Below, in pieces: positions 1 through 10,148 of a stretch of DNA of 50,335 bases. Position 1 is the first letter of the stretch. Each line of letters opens with the position of its first letter. Under the pieces are notes generated by a model that made no database searches, was not told where the DNA came from, and saw only the letters and a program-made list of their open reading frames with translations. Location: positions 1 to 50,335 of the forward strand of contig CALXMZ010000033.1 of assembly GCA_944389645.1 (NCBI GenBank), written 5' to 3'. The DNA is from an uncultured Alphaproteobacteria bacterium (GTDB taxonomy: Bacteria; Pseudomonadota; Alphaproteobacteria; Rs-D84). Both the position numbers and the translations under genes were made by a program.

Positions 1-1627
1 AATAGTGATTAGAAGCGCGTGATTTATTAAATTCTAATTTTCCATTATTTACAAAAGCAACTAACTCATGGTCTTTTGTTGCATAGAATATAGGTTTTGG
101 TGTAAGTGCGACAACAGAAATTCCTGCAAGCGTCAGAATAGAAAATAAGATATAGTTAAGTTTAATTTTTACAGGTCTGATGAACATCAAACACATAAAG
201 CCAATTATGAAAAGCATAAGTGCAAGATTTGAAATATGGGGCAGGGATAGTGTAGAGTAAGGAAGTTCGGCAATTTTTGTACCAATGTCCAAAGTAAAAT
301 TATAAACAGATTCTGCAAGAGTTAAAGGTAGATTCCAACCAAACCCTGATGTTAAAGTACCAAGAATAACAAGTGGCATAATAGCGATAGAAAATATAGG
401 CAGCAGGATTAAATTGCCAAGTAAACCGTAAATGGGCAGGCTGTAAAAGTGAGCAATTACAAAAGGTGCAGTAAATACAGTTGCAACTATGGATATTAGG
501 GATGCGGTATAAATAACTTTTAAAATTTTATTATTCGGTATTTTAGGTTTCACATCATTCCATAACCAAACAAGTCCGAATATAGCTGCGAAAGATAATT
601 GAAACCCTGGTTGTATAACATAATGCGGATTCATTAAGAATATAGCGCAGAAAGCAACGCAAATATTCCGCATAGAAATTGCATTTCGTCCAAATATGAA
701 TGCAGCAAATATAAGCGTCGTCATCAAGAACGCGCGAACGGTTGCAACATCTACGCCTGATAAGAAAAGATAAAATAATAAACCTGCCCAAGCGAAGACG
801 AGTGCAGGTATTCTTGCAGGGATGCGTTTGGTAATAGGTGCAACTGCACGAAATATAAAATAGAATATTATAAATAACCAACCAGAAACCAAAGTGATAT
901 GAAATCCACTAATTGACCATACATGACCGACACCAGTTGCGGTCCATATTTTATTATCTGCCTCTGGAACTGCGCTTTTATAACCAAGAACAAGTGTATC
1001 TGCTAAGAAAGACTTAGAAGTTTTATGTAGGTGGTCACGTAATTTGCTTATGCTGCTTTCTTTTGATGAAGATAAAGTTTCGTAATTATTGATATAACCT
1101 GTTGCTGACAGATGGTTAAAATAAGCCCAACGTGCATAATCAAAAGTACCTGGTGCGTCTGAACCAGACGGTCTAAATAGACCGACATTTGCTTTTATCG
1201 TATCACCTATGTTGGGTAGTGTTAGTTCTGGTTTTGCAGAAACTCTGATAATAGCGGTTTTGTTGCTGTCTGCATTTATTTCTGTGGCATTGGTCTTTAT
1301 ATAAATTCTGGATTTGTCATCGGTATAGTCTATCTTTTCAACTATACCTGTGACTTCTATGTCGTGTAATTTTCTAGGTAGTTGAGGCGTATCGATAACA
1401 TGAGTAAATATAGATGCATCACACAGGCCAAATATGAATAAGGATATAGCACGTAAAAAGATTCTTTTAGTTATAAATAAAGTTGCAACCGAAACAATCA
1501 AACCAATTGTTGTAAGGTATAAATTTGGTTCTGTGGGCAGGTTGAAATAAAGGCCCGCACCGAAAGCGATTAAGAACGGTACCCACAGGAACATATTAAA
1601 TGATTGATTTTGCCAGAAATCTTGCAT
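1..1627 (-). CDS. comEC: ComEC/Rec2 competence DNA-uptake channel; runs off the left edge of the window (partial)
   Basis: Read manually, not in the ORF track. ATG at 1627 gives MQDFWQNQSFNMFLWVPFLIAFGAGLYFNLPTEP. The ComEC signature ATGVGHVWSISGFHIT lies near 940-895, followed by many hydrophobic segments. Confidence 0.9.
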   Translation of the reverse strand, partial: MQDFWQNQSFNMFLWVPFLIAFGAGLYFNLPTEPNLYLTTIGLIVSVATLFITKRIFLRAISLFIFGLCDASIFTHVIDTPQLPRKLHDIEVTGIVEKIDYTDDKSRIYIKTNATEINADSNKTAIIRVSAKPELTLPNIGDTIKANVGLFRPSGSDAPGTFDYARWAYFNHLSATGYINNYETLSSSKESSISKLRDHLHKTSKSFLADTLVLGYKSAVPEADNKIWTATGVGHVWSISGFHITLVSGWLFIIFYFIFRAVAPITKRIPARIPALVFAWAGLLFYLFLSGVDVATVRAFLMTTLIFAAFIFGRNAISMRNICVAFCAIFLMNPHYVIQPGFQLSFAAIFGLVWLWNDVKPKIPNNKILKVIYTASLISIVATVFTAPFVIAHFYSLPIYGLLGNLILLPIFSIAIMPLVILGTLTSGFGWNLPLTLAESVYNFTLDIGTKIAELPYSTLSLPHISNLALMLFIIGFMCLMFIRPVKIKLNYILFSILTLAGISVVALTPKPIFYATKDHELVAFVNNGKLEFNKSRASNHY

Positions 1628-1703
1628 ACAGGAAGTATAGGAATTTATTTTATTGTCAGGCAACGAAAAATTTCGTATGATAAAAGCCCATAAGGAGGCT
1701 CTT

Positions 1704-3272
1704 ATGGCAAAGTATATTTTTATCACTGGTGGGGTTGTGTCAAGTTTAGGCAAGGGCGTCGCGGCGGCAAGTTGTGGCGCCCTTCTTCAATCGCGTGGTT
1801 ATACGGTCCATGCGCGAAAGTTTGACCCTTATTTGAATATAGATCCAGGTACTATGTCGCCTTTTCAGCATGGTGAAGTTTATGTGACAAATGACGGGTT
1901 TGAAACAGACTTGGACTTAGGATATTACGAAAGATTTTTAGGAATAAAACTTTCAAGAAACGATTCTGTATCAGGTGGTCGAATATATTGGGATGTTTTA
2001 AATGCAGAGCGTCACGGGGATTACCTTGGGGCGACTGTTCAGATGATACCGCACGTAAGTAATAAGATAAAAGAATATCTAAGTGCTCCGACTGGTACGG
2101 ACTTTGTTGTATGTGAAATAGGTGGAACGGTTGGGGATATCGAAGGCAAGATATTTTTAGAATCCATTCGTCAGTTTGCAAATGATGTTGGTCGAAAGAA
2201 TGTAATGTTTGTGCATTTGACCTTGGCGCCTTATTTAGAAAAAAGCGGAGAATTAAAGACGAAGCCGACCCAGATGTCTGTACGCGAATTATTAGAAAAT
2301 GGTATTCAGGCAGATATGTTGATAGTGCGTACCCCCAGAATGTTATCGTCTGAAGAAAAATCAAAAATAGGTATGTTCTGTAATTTGCCAGCCAAGAATG
2401 TAATAAGTGGTATGGATGTTGATAATATATATAAGATACCTTTGGCGTACGATGCGCAACATGTGTTTGATATTATTGCCGAGCATTTTGATTTACCACC
2501 TGCAGCAGGGAATATGGATAAGTTTCAAAAGATAGAACGGTATTTATCTGCGGACTTACCAGAAGTAAAGATAGGTATTGTTGGAAAATATTTTGATGTA
2601 CCTGATGCATATAAGTCTTTAAACGAAGCACTATTCCATGCGGGTATTCAGAATAACGTGCATGTAAAATTAAAGAAGATAAATGCGGAAGATTTTTCGC
2701 CAGAGCAAGTCGCGGGGCTTGACGGGATTTTAGTACCTGGTGGCTTTGGTACGCGTGGTGTCGGTGGAAAGATTGCGGCAGCAGGTTATGCGCGTGAAAA
2801 TAAAATACCTTATATGGGGATATGTTTAGGTATGCAGGTTGCAGTAATAGAATTTGCAAGAAATGTCGTAGGTATATCAGATGCGGATTCAACAGAGTTT
2901 TCAAAAAATTGTACGCCAGTTATAAATATAATGACAGACCATGATTCTGAAAATATGGGTGGAACGCTTCGACTTGGAGCGTACCCTTGTATAATAAAAT
3001 CTGGTACTTTGGCTGAAAAGGTATACGGGAAGGAACAGATATCAGAACGTCACAGACATAGATACGAGATGGATATATCTTGGGAAGAAAAATTTGCGCA
3101 AAATGGTATGATAATATCCGGTCGCAGTCCTGACGGCAGATTGCCCGAGATAATAGAGTTGAAAGATCATCCATTTTTTATGGCGGGGCAATTTCATCCT
3201 GAATTTCAGTCAAGTCCATTTAGTGGTCATCCGATGTTTAACGCTTTTATTGCTGCAGCAATGAAGAAGTAA
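1704..3272 (+). CDS. pyrG: CTP synthase
   Basis: MAKYIFITGGVVSSLGKG N-terminus, GICLGMQ nucleophile and QFHPEF motifs. AGGAGG SD precedes ATG 1704, so the track start at 1653 is too long. Confidence 0.98.
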   Translation: MAKYIFITGGVVSSLGKGVAAASCGALLQSRGYTVHARKFDPYLNIDPGTMSPFQHGEVYVTNDGFETDLDLGYYERFLGIKLSRNDSVSGGRIYWDVLNAERHGDYLGATVQMIPHVSNKIKEYLSAPTGTDFVVCEIGGTVGDIEGKIFLESIRQFANDVGRKNVMFVHLTLAPYLEKSGELKTKPTQMSVRELLENGIQADMLIVRTPRMLSSEEKSKIGMFCNLPAKNVISGMDVDNIYKIPLAYDAQHVFDIIAEHFDLPPAAGNMDKFQKIERYLSADLPEVKIGIVGKYFDVPDAYKSLNEALFHAGIQNNVHVKLKKINAEDFSPEQVAGLDGILVPGGFGTRGVGGKIAAAGYARENKIPYMGICLGMQVAVIEFARNVVGISDADSTEFSKNCTPVINIMTDHDSENMGGTLRLGAYPCIIKSGTLAEKVYGKEQISERHRHRYEMDISWEEKFAQNGMIISGRSPDGRLPEIIELKDHPFFMAGQFHPEFQSSPFSGHPMFNAFIAAAMKK

Positions 3273-3287
3273 AAATATTAAATTAAG

Positions 3288-3311
3288 AACTGCACCCATT
3301 AGGGTGCAGTT
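3288..3311. terminator. Hairpin between convergent pyrG and gapR, probably a bidirectional terminator
   Basis: AACTGCACCC-ATTA-GGGTGCAGTT, a perfect 10-bp stem. Confidence 0.75.
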
Positions 3312-3336
3312 TAATATTATTTTAAATAATGAGTGT

Positions 3337-3585
3337 TTATAAACCTAATGCATTTCTATACATCTGGGTTAATTCATCTGCTTCGTCTAATTCATCAGGG
3401 TCCATCTTGCGTAGACGTATCATCTGACGAATGTATTTCGGATCAAAACCGGCAGATTTTGCTTCACTATAAATTTCTTTGATGTCTGCTGCGATAGCTG
3501 CAGTTTCTTCATTTAATTTTTCGATTCTTTCAATTATGCTAAGCAATTGCTGATTATCAATTGCACCATGGTTTGCTTCTTTCAT
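3337..3585 (-). CDS. gapR: GapR/DUF2312 nucleoid-associated protein (82 aa)
   Basis: QLLSIIERIEKLNEE...DIKEIYSEAKSAGFDPKYIRQMIRLRK...YRNALGL matches the DUF2312 pattern. AAGGGG SD precedes ATG 3585. Confidence 0.9.
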   Translation of the reverse strand: MKEANHGAIDNQQLLSIIERIEKLNEETAAIAADIKEIYSEAKSAGFDPKYIRQMIRLRKMDPDELDEADELTQMYRNALGL

Positions 3586-3669
3586 GCAGATTTCCCCTTG
3601 TCTTTTTCTGTTTCTTATGATATACAATAAATCGAAAAAATCAAGAAAAACAAAGTATAAAATAAGCAG

Positions 3670-5046
3670 GTGAAAATGCATAAATTTACAAAAGTCACAG
3701 CGTCGATCGGACCTAAATGCGAAGATAAAGAGATTTTAACTAAAATGATACAGGCAGGGGTAAATATGTGCCGCTTGAATTTTAGTCATGATACAGGTGA
3801 TGTTCAGGGGAAGAAAATTGATTTGATACGTGAAATATCTACAGAATTAAATATACCAGTTGCGGTTATGGTTGATTTGCAAGGTCCGAAACATCGTATT
3901 GGAAACTTTGAAACTGAAGACAAATATCCTTTAACAATAGGACAGAAATTTGTTTTTGATACAGATTCTAAACTCGGAGATTCAACGCGCGTTCAGTTGC
4001 CAGATTCAGATGTTTTGGGTTCTTTGAATGTCGGTGACAGAATTTTATTAAATGACGGTAAGATAGAAATGAAAGTAGATTCTGTTGAAAAAGGTAAGGT
4101 CGAGGCGACTGTTTTACGCGGAACAGAAATTTGGTCTAGACGTGGTTTTAATTTGCCGGATACGGAAATAGCAACATCTGTTTTGACGGAAAAAGACAGA
4201 AAAGATTTAGAATACGCATTAACGAAGAATCCGGACTGGGTTGCTATTTCTTTCGTTCAGAAACCGGAAGATATTGCGGAAGTTCGTGATTTTATTGTTG
4301 CGCGTACGTCGCATCCTGTAAAGATCATCGCAAAAATAGAACGTCCGAATGCAGTTGAAAGGATAACAGAAATAGCGGCTGTAGCAGATGGAATAATGAT
4401 TGCACGTGGTGATTTGGCGGTAGAGGTGCCGTTTGAAAAATTACCTGCTATTTCTCGGCATATAATTCGAGAATGCCGTAAAATGAATAAACCTGTTATT
4501 ATGGCAACGCAAATGTTAGGGACGATGGTAAATAGTGAATTCCCGACACGGGCAGAGATAACAGATGTTGCAAATACTGCATATTTGCGTGCAGATTCTA
4601 CGATGACGTCCGAAGAAACGACGATAGGTATAAATCCTGTAAATGTAATTGAAACTATGACGAAGATATTGTCTTATGCAGATAGTGATGCAATTGCTAA
4701 TCCTTATGATTGGTCTCGAATTGATAACGTTCCGGAAAATGATTGGTCTCGAAGTGTTGCATCAATGGCTTACTTAAATAAAGCATCTGCAATAGTTGTA
4801 TTTGCACGTGATACAGATATTGCGACACAGATTTCTTGTCGTAAGCCAGATATTCCTATATTTGCTGTTTGCCGTGAAAGTTTGATTGCAAACCAGTTGT
4901 GTTTAGCGCGTGGTGTATTTCCGATATATGATGAGGATTTGTTCGCAAAGAAAGATGCTTTTAATTCTGCTAGAAAATTTGGTATAAATAATGGGAAAAT
5001 CGTTATAGTAGATGAAGATAAAATTAGTTTACGAACGTTAGACTAA
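3670..5046 (+). CDS. pyk: Pyruvate kinase (divergent; GPK type)
   Basis: RLNFSH, DLQGPK, IAKIE, GIMIARGDL and ATQML..PTRAE motifs. Alternative ATG at 3676. Confidence 0.93.
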   Translation: MKMHKFTKVTASIGPKCEDKEILTKMIQAGVNMCRLNFSHDTGDVQGKKIDLIREISTELNIPVAVMVDLQGPKHRIGNFETEDKYPLTIGQKFVFDTDSKLGDSTRVQLPDSDVLGSLNVGDRILLNDGKIEMKVDSVEKGKVEATVLRGTEIWSRRGFNLPDTEIATSVLTEKDRKDLEYALTKNPDWVAISFVQKPEDIAEVRDFIVARTSHPVKIIAKIERPNAVERITEIAAVADGIMIARGDLAVEVPFEKLPAISRHIIRECRKMNKPVIMATQMLGTMVNSEFPTRAEITDVANTAYLRADSTMTSEETTIGINPVNVIETMTKILSYADSDAIANPYDWSRIDNVPENDWSRSVASMAYLNKASAIVVFARDTDIATQISCRKPDIPIFAVCRESLIANQLCLARGVFPIYDEDLFAKKDAFNSARKFGINNGKIVIVDEDKISLRTLD

Positions 5047-5066
5047 AAATAAAAAATTAAGATGAA

Positions 5067-5098
5067 ATAACGGTGGGAAAACTATTGACCGCCGTTAT
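5067..5098 (+). terminator. Hairpin after pyk
   Basis: ATAACGGTGG...CCGCCGTTAT followed by a T-run. Confidence 0.55.
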
Positions 5099-5125
5099 AT
5101 TTTTTTACTAAAATCTTTGATAGAC

Positions 5126-6322
5126 ATGGAAAGGTTAATTGGGATTTTCTTTGCGATATCTTTGTGTGTTTTCCCCGCTGTGGGTGCACAGTACAAGGCA
5201 GTACTTGTGGCAGATATGGATACGGGACGCGTGTTATATCAGGAAAATGCAAAAGTACAAAATTACCCAGCAAGTTTAACGAAAATTATGACCTTGTATT
5301 TAACTTTTGATGCATTGGAACACGGGCGGTTACATTTAGACGATTATTTAATTGTTTCTCAGTCTGCCGCGTCTGCGTCACCTGTTAAGCTTGGTTTGCC
5401 TGCGGGTAGTAAGATCAAAGTTGAAGACGCGATAAAGGCTTTAACAGTTTTAAGTGCAAACGACGTTGCACGTGTTCTGGCAGAAAATCTAAAAGGTGGT
5501 AAAGAAGGTAACTTTGCAAATTTGATGACTCGGGTTGCAAATGAAATAGGGCTTTCCGGAACTAATTTTGAAAATTCTTCTGGGTTGCCAAATGATGATC
5601 AGTTATCTACTGCGCGTGATATTGCTTTGTTATCAATGGCAATTTATAAGCATTTCCCACAATATTGGAAATATTTTAGTATAAAAACGTGGACTTATAA
5701 TGGTAAGACATACACTAATGGTAATAGATTGCTTGGAACATATCCTGGGTGTGATGGAATGAAAACTGGTTTTACAAATAAGTCTAAATATTCCTTGGTA
5801 GCAACCGCAAAACGTAATGGACATCATCTTATATCTGTAGTACTTGGTGCAGAAAACAAAGATGTGCGTGCAAATGTTTCTACGAAAATGTTAAATAAAG
5901 GTTTTGCTATGTTAGATGGTACAGATAGTTTTTCTCAAACTTACTCAGTGCCAACGCAAAATTCTGATATGGGATATAAAACTTATAGTGTACCTGCGTC
6001 TACAAGCAGTGCGCCAACTTTTAGTGCGGCGTATAATGCCGCAACAGGTGCAGTTGCGAGTAATGATTATAATGATAGTTTAAAGAGTGTTGCAGTGGTT
6101 TCTTCAGGTGGGGCAGGTGTTCAGTTTGGGGCTTTTTCATCGCGTAATTCTGCACAGGCTCAAGTTAATAACGTAAGAAATATTCTTGGCATAAATACTG
6201 CAATTGAGGTAGCTCCGAATGGAATGTTCAGAGTCAGGGCAAATAATTTATCTGAAAGTTATGCACAAAGCATAAAAAATAAAGCTGTAAATGCTGGTAT
6301 AGATTGCTACATTTTTCATTAG
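5126..6322 (+). CDS. Peptidase S11 D-alanyl-D-alanine carboxypeptidase with C-terminal SPOR domain
   Basis: Signal peptide; SxxK (PASLTK), SxN (SAND) and KTG motifs; C-terminal VQFGAFSSRNSA...FRVR SPOR-like region. Confidence 0.9.
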   Translation: MERLIGIFFAISLCVFPAVGAQYKAVLVADMDTGRVLYQENAKVQNYPASLTKIMTLYLTFDALEHGRLHLDDYLIVSQSAASASPVKLGLPAGSKIKVEDAIKALTVLSANDVARVLAENLKGGKEGNFANLMTRVANEIGLSGTNFENSSGLPNDDQLSTARDIALLSMAIYKHFPQYWKYFSIKTWTYNGKTYTNGNRLLGTYPGCDGMKTGFTNKSKYSLVATAKRNGHHLISVVLGAENKDVRANVSTKMLNKGFAMLDGTDSFSQTYSVPTQNSDMGYKTYSVPASTSSAPTFSAAYNAATGAVASNDYNDSLKSVAVVSSGGAGVQFGAFSSRNSAQAQVNNVRNILGINTAIEVAPNGMFRVRANNLSESYAQSIKNKAVNAGIDCYIFH

Positions 6323-6330
6323 GTTAAAAT

Positions 6331-6930
6331 ATGAATTCGAAAATAGAAAAACTTATAAAACAATTTGCAAAATTACCACGTTTAGGATCCAGAGCGGCAC
6401 AACGTATAGTTTTAGCTTTACTACAGGATAAAACGGGAAAGGCGGTAAATTTAGCAAATACTTTGTTAGATGCGGTAGAATCAGTTAGACCGTGTCCGAT
6501 ATGTGGGGTATTAACAGATGCAGAATTTGGTGCATGTGAATTTTGTCGCGATGTATCACGTGCGAATGGTCAGATCTGCGTTGTTCGTGATTTGTCGGAC
6601 GTTTGGACTTTGGAAAAATCTGCGGTATTTCATGGTAGGTACCATATTCTTGGTGGTTTGATTTCAGGAGTGACAGGTATGACTCCAGAAGATCTTAATA
6701 TAAACAATTTATCTTATAGAGTTAAATCAGAAAATATTTCTGAGATAATATTTGCTTTGCCGAATACAGTAGAAGGTAAAACAACGCAACATTATGTAAT
6801 GTCCGTAATAGGAGCAGAATCTTGTGTTAGATTTTCTGAGCTCGCATCAGGTGTACCGCTTGGTGGTGATTTAGATTATCTGGATGACGGTACGTTAACG
6901 CTTGCATTCGGAGGGCGAAAGACTTTATGA
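6331..6930 (+). CDS. recR: Recombination mediator RecR
   Basis: HhH (LPRLGSRAAQR), C4 zinc finger (CPIC...CEFC) and GVPLGGDLDYLD. The TGA stop overlaps the rsmA ATG. Confidence 0.95.
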   Translation: MNSKIEKLIKQFAKLPRLGSRAAQRIVLALLQDKTGKAVNLANTLLDAVESVRPCPICGVLTDAEFGACEFCRDVSRANGQICVVRDLSDVWTLEKSAVFHGRYHILGGLISGVTGMTPEDLNINNLSYRVKSENISEIIFALPNTVEGKTTQHYVMSVIGAESCVRFSELASGVPLGGDLDYLDDGTLTLAFGGRKTL

Positions 6931-7754
6931 GTATAGAAAAAATAAAATCTTTACCGCCTGTATCAGAAATGATGCGTGAAGCAGGTTTGGAACCTAAAAA
7001 GCAATTCGGGCAGAATTTTTTATTTGATTTGAATTTAACGGGGCGTATTGCAAGAAGTGTTCCTGATATAGAAAACTCTGTTGTTGTAGAAGTTGGACCG
7101 GGACCAGCAGGATTAACGCGTGCACTATTATTAGCTGGGGCTAAGCAAGTAATTGCGATAGAAAAAGATAAAACTACCGAGCCTATTTTATCACGAATAG
7201 TAGAAAGTTCGGAAGGAAGATTAACTGTAATTTATGAAGATGCATTAAAAGTTGATTTCTCAAAATTAGGAATTCGTGATTATGCTGTATGTTCTAATTT
7301 GCCATATAATGTTGGAACGGAATTATTTATTAATTGGTTATTATGCGTTGCAAAAGGTGAACCCATAAATTCAATGACATTAATGTTTCAGCGCGAAGTT
7401 GCGCAACGTATAGTTGCAAAACCTGGGAACGCGCAATATGGGCGTTTAAGTATTTTAACGTCCTTGATATCAGATGCAAAAATTTTATTTGAGGTACCTA
7501 ATACTGCTTTTGTACCAAGACCGAAAGTTCAAAGTGCTGTAGTTCAAGTATTACCTAATACGGAAAAAATAAAAAAAATTCGGGATATTGAAAAAGTTGG
7601 GAATCTGACAGCAAAACTCTTTGGTCAGCGTCGCAAAATGGTTCGTGGGATAATACCTGATATTGATTGGAATCAGTTTGGGTTATCAGGTAAAGAAAGA
7701 GCAGAAGATATTGATCCAGAAACTTTTGCACGAATGGCAGAAATTTTGTTATAA
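6927..7754 (+). CDS. rsmA: 16S rRNA m6,2A dimethyltransferase KsgA
   Basis: KKQFGQNFL, EVGPGPAGLT, NLPYN and FVPRPKV motifs. Confidence 0.96.
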   Translation: MSIEKIKSLPPVSEMMREAGLEPKKQFGQNFLFDLNLTGRIARSVPDIENSVVVEVGPGPAGLTRALLLAGAKQVIAIEKDKTTEPILSRIVESSEGRLTVIYEDALKVDFSKLGIRDYAVCSNLPYNVGTELFINWLLCVAKGEPINSMTLMFQREVAQRIVAKPGNAQYGRLSILTSLISDAKILFEVPNTAFVPRPKVQSAVVQVLPNTEKIKKIRDIEKVGNLTAKLFGQRRKMVRGIIPDIDWNQFGLSGKERAEDIDPETFARMAEILL

Positions 7755-7781
7755 TATTTTGTATAAAAAGAGAGAGAGTAA

Positions 7782-9488
7782 ATGTCGATAGCAATATTAA
7801 TATTTTTAGCGGTTTTATTTTTATTTGTCTGTACTTTAAGGCTTGCAAAAATAGGCGCGCTTGTGGCTTTTTTGTTGGCAGGTATAATATCGGGACCATA
7901 TGTATTGAATATGTTTCAATTGACTGACGCGTGGACTTTTTTAGGTGACCTTGGAATCATGTTTTTATGGTTTAATTTGGGGTTAGAGATAAATATGAAA
8001 CGTCTTTGGAATATGAGACGTACAATTTTTGGTTTTGGGGCAGCTCAGGTTTTAATGGTTGCCGTTATGCTGTTCCCTGTATTATTTGGTATTACTTCGT
8101 GGACGATATTAGGGTGTATAATGGTATCGTTGCTTTTGGCAATGTCAAGTACATCAGAAGATATGCAATTACTTATTGAAAGGAATCAGTTAAATACTAA
8201 TATGGGAAGGCAAACTTTTTCTATATTATTGTTTCAGGATTTATTGTCCATACCATTACTGGCGATGTTACCGGTATTTGCCGGTAAGACGTTTAATTTA
8301 GGTGCTACTGCAATTGATATTTTTGTTTTGTCTGCGGCTTTAATCATTAGTGTTGTAATCGTTGGTCGGTTTATATTAAATCCATTAATGAAATTAGTTG
8401 CTCGATTAAAATCTAAAGAAGCGTTTTTATTAGCGATAATGCTTAATATAGTAGCTTGGGCGATAGTAATGGATTTTATAGGGTTGCCAGTTGGTCTGGG
8501 GGCTTTTTTAGCAGGTATGCTATTATCAGAAACTATATATCGTCATCAAATTAGTGCAGAAATTACACCATATTCTATGCTTTTTATGGCCTTCTTTTTC
8601 ATATCTTTGGGGATGGGGTTAGATTTAACGTTGCTAAGTAATAATTGGTATATTTTATTAGCCGGTGTGATAGGTTTAATATTAATAAAATTTATAGCGA
8701 TATTTATTGTAGCGCGCGTTAGACAAGTAAGCATACAAGATTCTGTATCAATTGCTTTAGTTCTTGCCCAAGGGGGAGAGTTTGGTTTGCTTATGTTACA
8801 GACGATAAAAACTTCTGGGATAAATGCATTACCATTAGCGCATCAAGAGATTTTAACGGCTGTAATTATATTATCGATAATGTTGACTCCTATTTTGATA
8901 ACTATTTACGACTCGTTAAGAAAATCTGGAAAAATATTTTCAAATTATTTTCCTGTAGAAAAAAATAGAAAAATTGATGAACAGAAAACGGAAGTTGTTA
9001 TATGCGGTTTCGGTAGAGTAGGGCAGATTATATCACAAATGTTAATAGCAGAAGATATTTCATATGTTGCTGTTGATCTTGATGTTAATGTGGTTATGTT
9101 GGGTAGAGAACAAGGTTTTAATGTTATATATGGTGATACTAGGAATGAAGCGGTTCTTCGTGAAATAGGTGTTAATTCTAGGAAAACGAAAGCGGTTGTT
9201 GTAGCTTTGGATAACGCGAATAACGCAAGAGATACTGTTCTTACCATTAGAAATATTGCTCCAAGAGTAAAAATTTTTGCAAGAGCACGAAATCTAGCGG
9301 ATTCAAAAATCTTATTAGAAGAAGGAGTGGTTGAAGCGCAACCAGAAACTATAGAATCTTCTTTCTTTTTGGGTTATGGGCTTTTAAGTCATTTGGGTAT
9401 ATCTGAAAAGAAAATAGATGATTTATTAAACGAGTTTCGTTCAAATAATTATGAAATGGTGGATAATACGATTGCTGACGAAAAGTGA
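7782..9488 (+). CDS. CPA2 family K+/H+ antiporter with KTN (TrkA-N) domain, KefB/KefC-like
   Basis: Multiple TM helices, LLFQDL, LAQGGEFG and the KTN motif ICGFGRVGQ. Confidence 0.9.
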   Translation: MSIAILIFLAVLFLFVCTLRLAKIGALVAFLLAGIISGPYVLNMFQLTDAWTFLGDLGIMFLWFNLGLEINMKRLWNMRRTIFGFGAAQVLMVAVMLFPVLFGITSWTILGCIMVSLLLAMSSTSEDMQLLIERNQLNTNMGRQTFSILLFQDLLSIPLLAMLPVFAGKTFNLGATAIDIFVLSAALIISVVIVGRFILNPLMKLVARLKSKEAFLLAIMLNIVAWAIVMDFIGLPVGLGAFLAGMLLSETIYRHQISAEITPYSMLFMAFFFISLGMGLDLTLLSNNWYILLAGVIGLILIKFIAIFIVARVRQVSIQDSVSIALVLAQGGEFGLLMLQTIKTSGINALPLAHQEILTAVIILSIMLTPILITIYDSLRKSGKIFSNYFPVEKNRKIDEQKTEVVICGFGRVGQIISQMLIAEDISYVAVDLDVNVVMLGREQGFNVIYGDTRNEAVLREIGVNSRKTKAVVVALDNANNARDTVLTIRNIAPRVKIFARARNLADSKILLEEGVVEAQPETIESSFFLGYGLLSHLGISEKKIDDLLNEFRSNNYEMVDNTIADEK

Positions 9489-9511
9489 GAAAGCTTTTAT
9501 TTGTAATAGAT

Positions 9512-9537
9512 AAAAGTCTCTATTTCCAGAGACTTTT
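9512..9537 (+). terminator. Intrinsic terminator after the Kef gene
   Basis: AAAAGTCTCT-ATTTCC-AGAGACTTTT. Confidence 0.65.
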
Positions 9538-9591
9538 TATATTTGATTTTATTTGTAAGTATTGTTATATTTCAGAAAATAGGTAAAGAAT

Positions 9592-10146
9592 ATGAGAAAT
9601 AAAATCATAAAATATTTAATAATAATATTACTAATTATATTATTAGATCAATTTTCTAAAAGTATTTTATTACATATGATAACTGGTTCTGTGCCTTTAT
9701 TTGGTAATGCATGGGACGTTGTAAGTTATCCTTATTTAATGTCGCAAGTTTTTGATTTCTTTAATATTGTATTTACTTGGAATCCTGGTACGTCGTTTTC
9801 TATGCTTCGTGCTATAGGTGAAGTTGCTCCTATAATTATAATAATAGGAACAGGTTTCATAATAGGTTTTATTGGTTATTATTTATTTATTCGTGCACAG
9901 TCTTATGAAAGATTACCATTGGCATTGATTGTTGGTGGTGCTACGGGTAATTTAATTGATCGCGTTCGTTTTGGGGCTGTAATTGACTTTTTAGATTTTC
10001 ACGTTGGTGGGTGGCACTGGCCGGCTTTTAACGTTGCCGATATTTGCATTGTTGTCGGGGTTTGTTTATTTTTATTAAATTGGTATCTTGCAAGAAGACG
10101 TTGTTTGAAAAATATAAAAGAAAATAAAATTAAAGGTGGTAAATAA
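9592..10146 (+). CDS. lspA: Lipoprotein signal peptidase II
   Basis: DQFSK, WNPGTSFS, GNLIDR, VIDFLD and FNVAD motifs. Confidence 0.95.
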   Translation: MRNKIIKYLIIILLIILLDQFSKSILLHMITGSVPLFGNAWDVVSYPYLMSQVFDFFNIVFTWNPGTSFSMLRAIGEVAPIIIIIGTGFIIGFIGYYLFIRAQSYERLPLALIVGGATGNLIDRVRFGAVIDFLDFHVGGWHWPAFNVADICIVVGVCLFLLNWYLARRRCLKNIKENKIKGGK

Positions 10147-10148
10147 TT

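Noticed and set aside
555-881. 108-aa minus-strand ORF in the track
   Set aside because: It is an alternative-frame ORF inside comEC; the true frame runs off the window edge.
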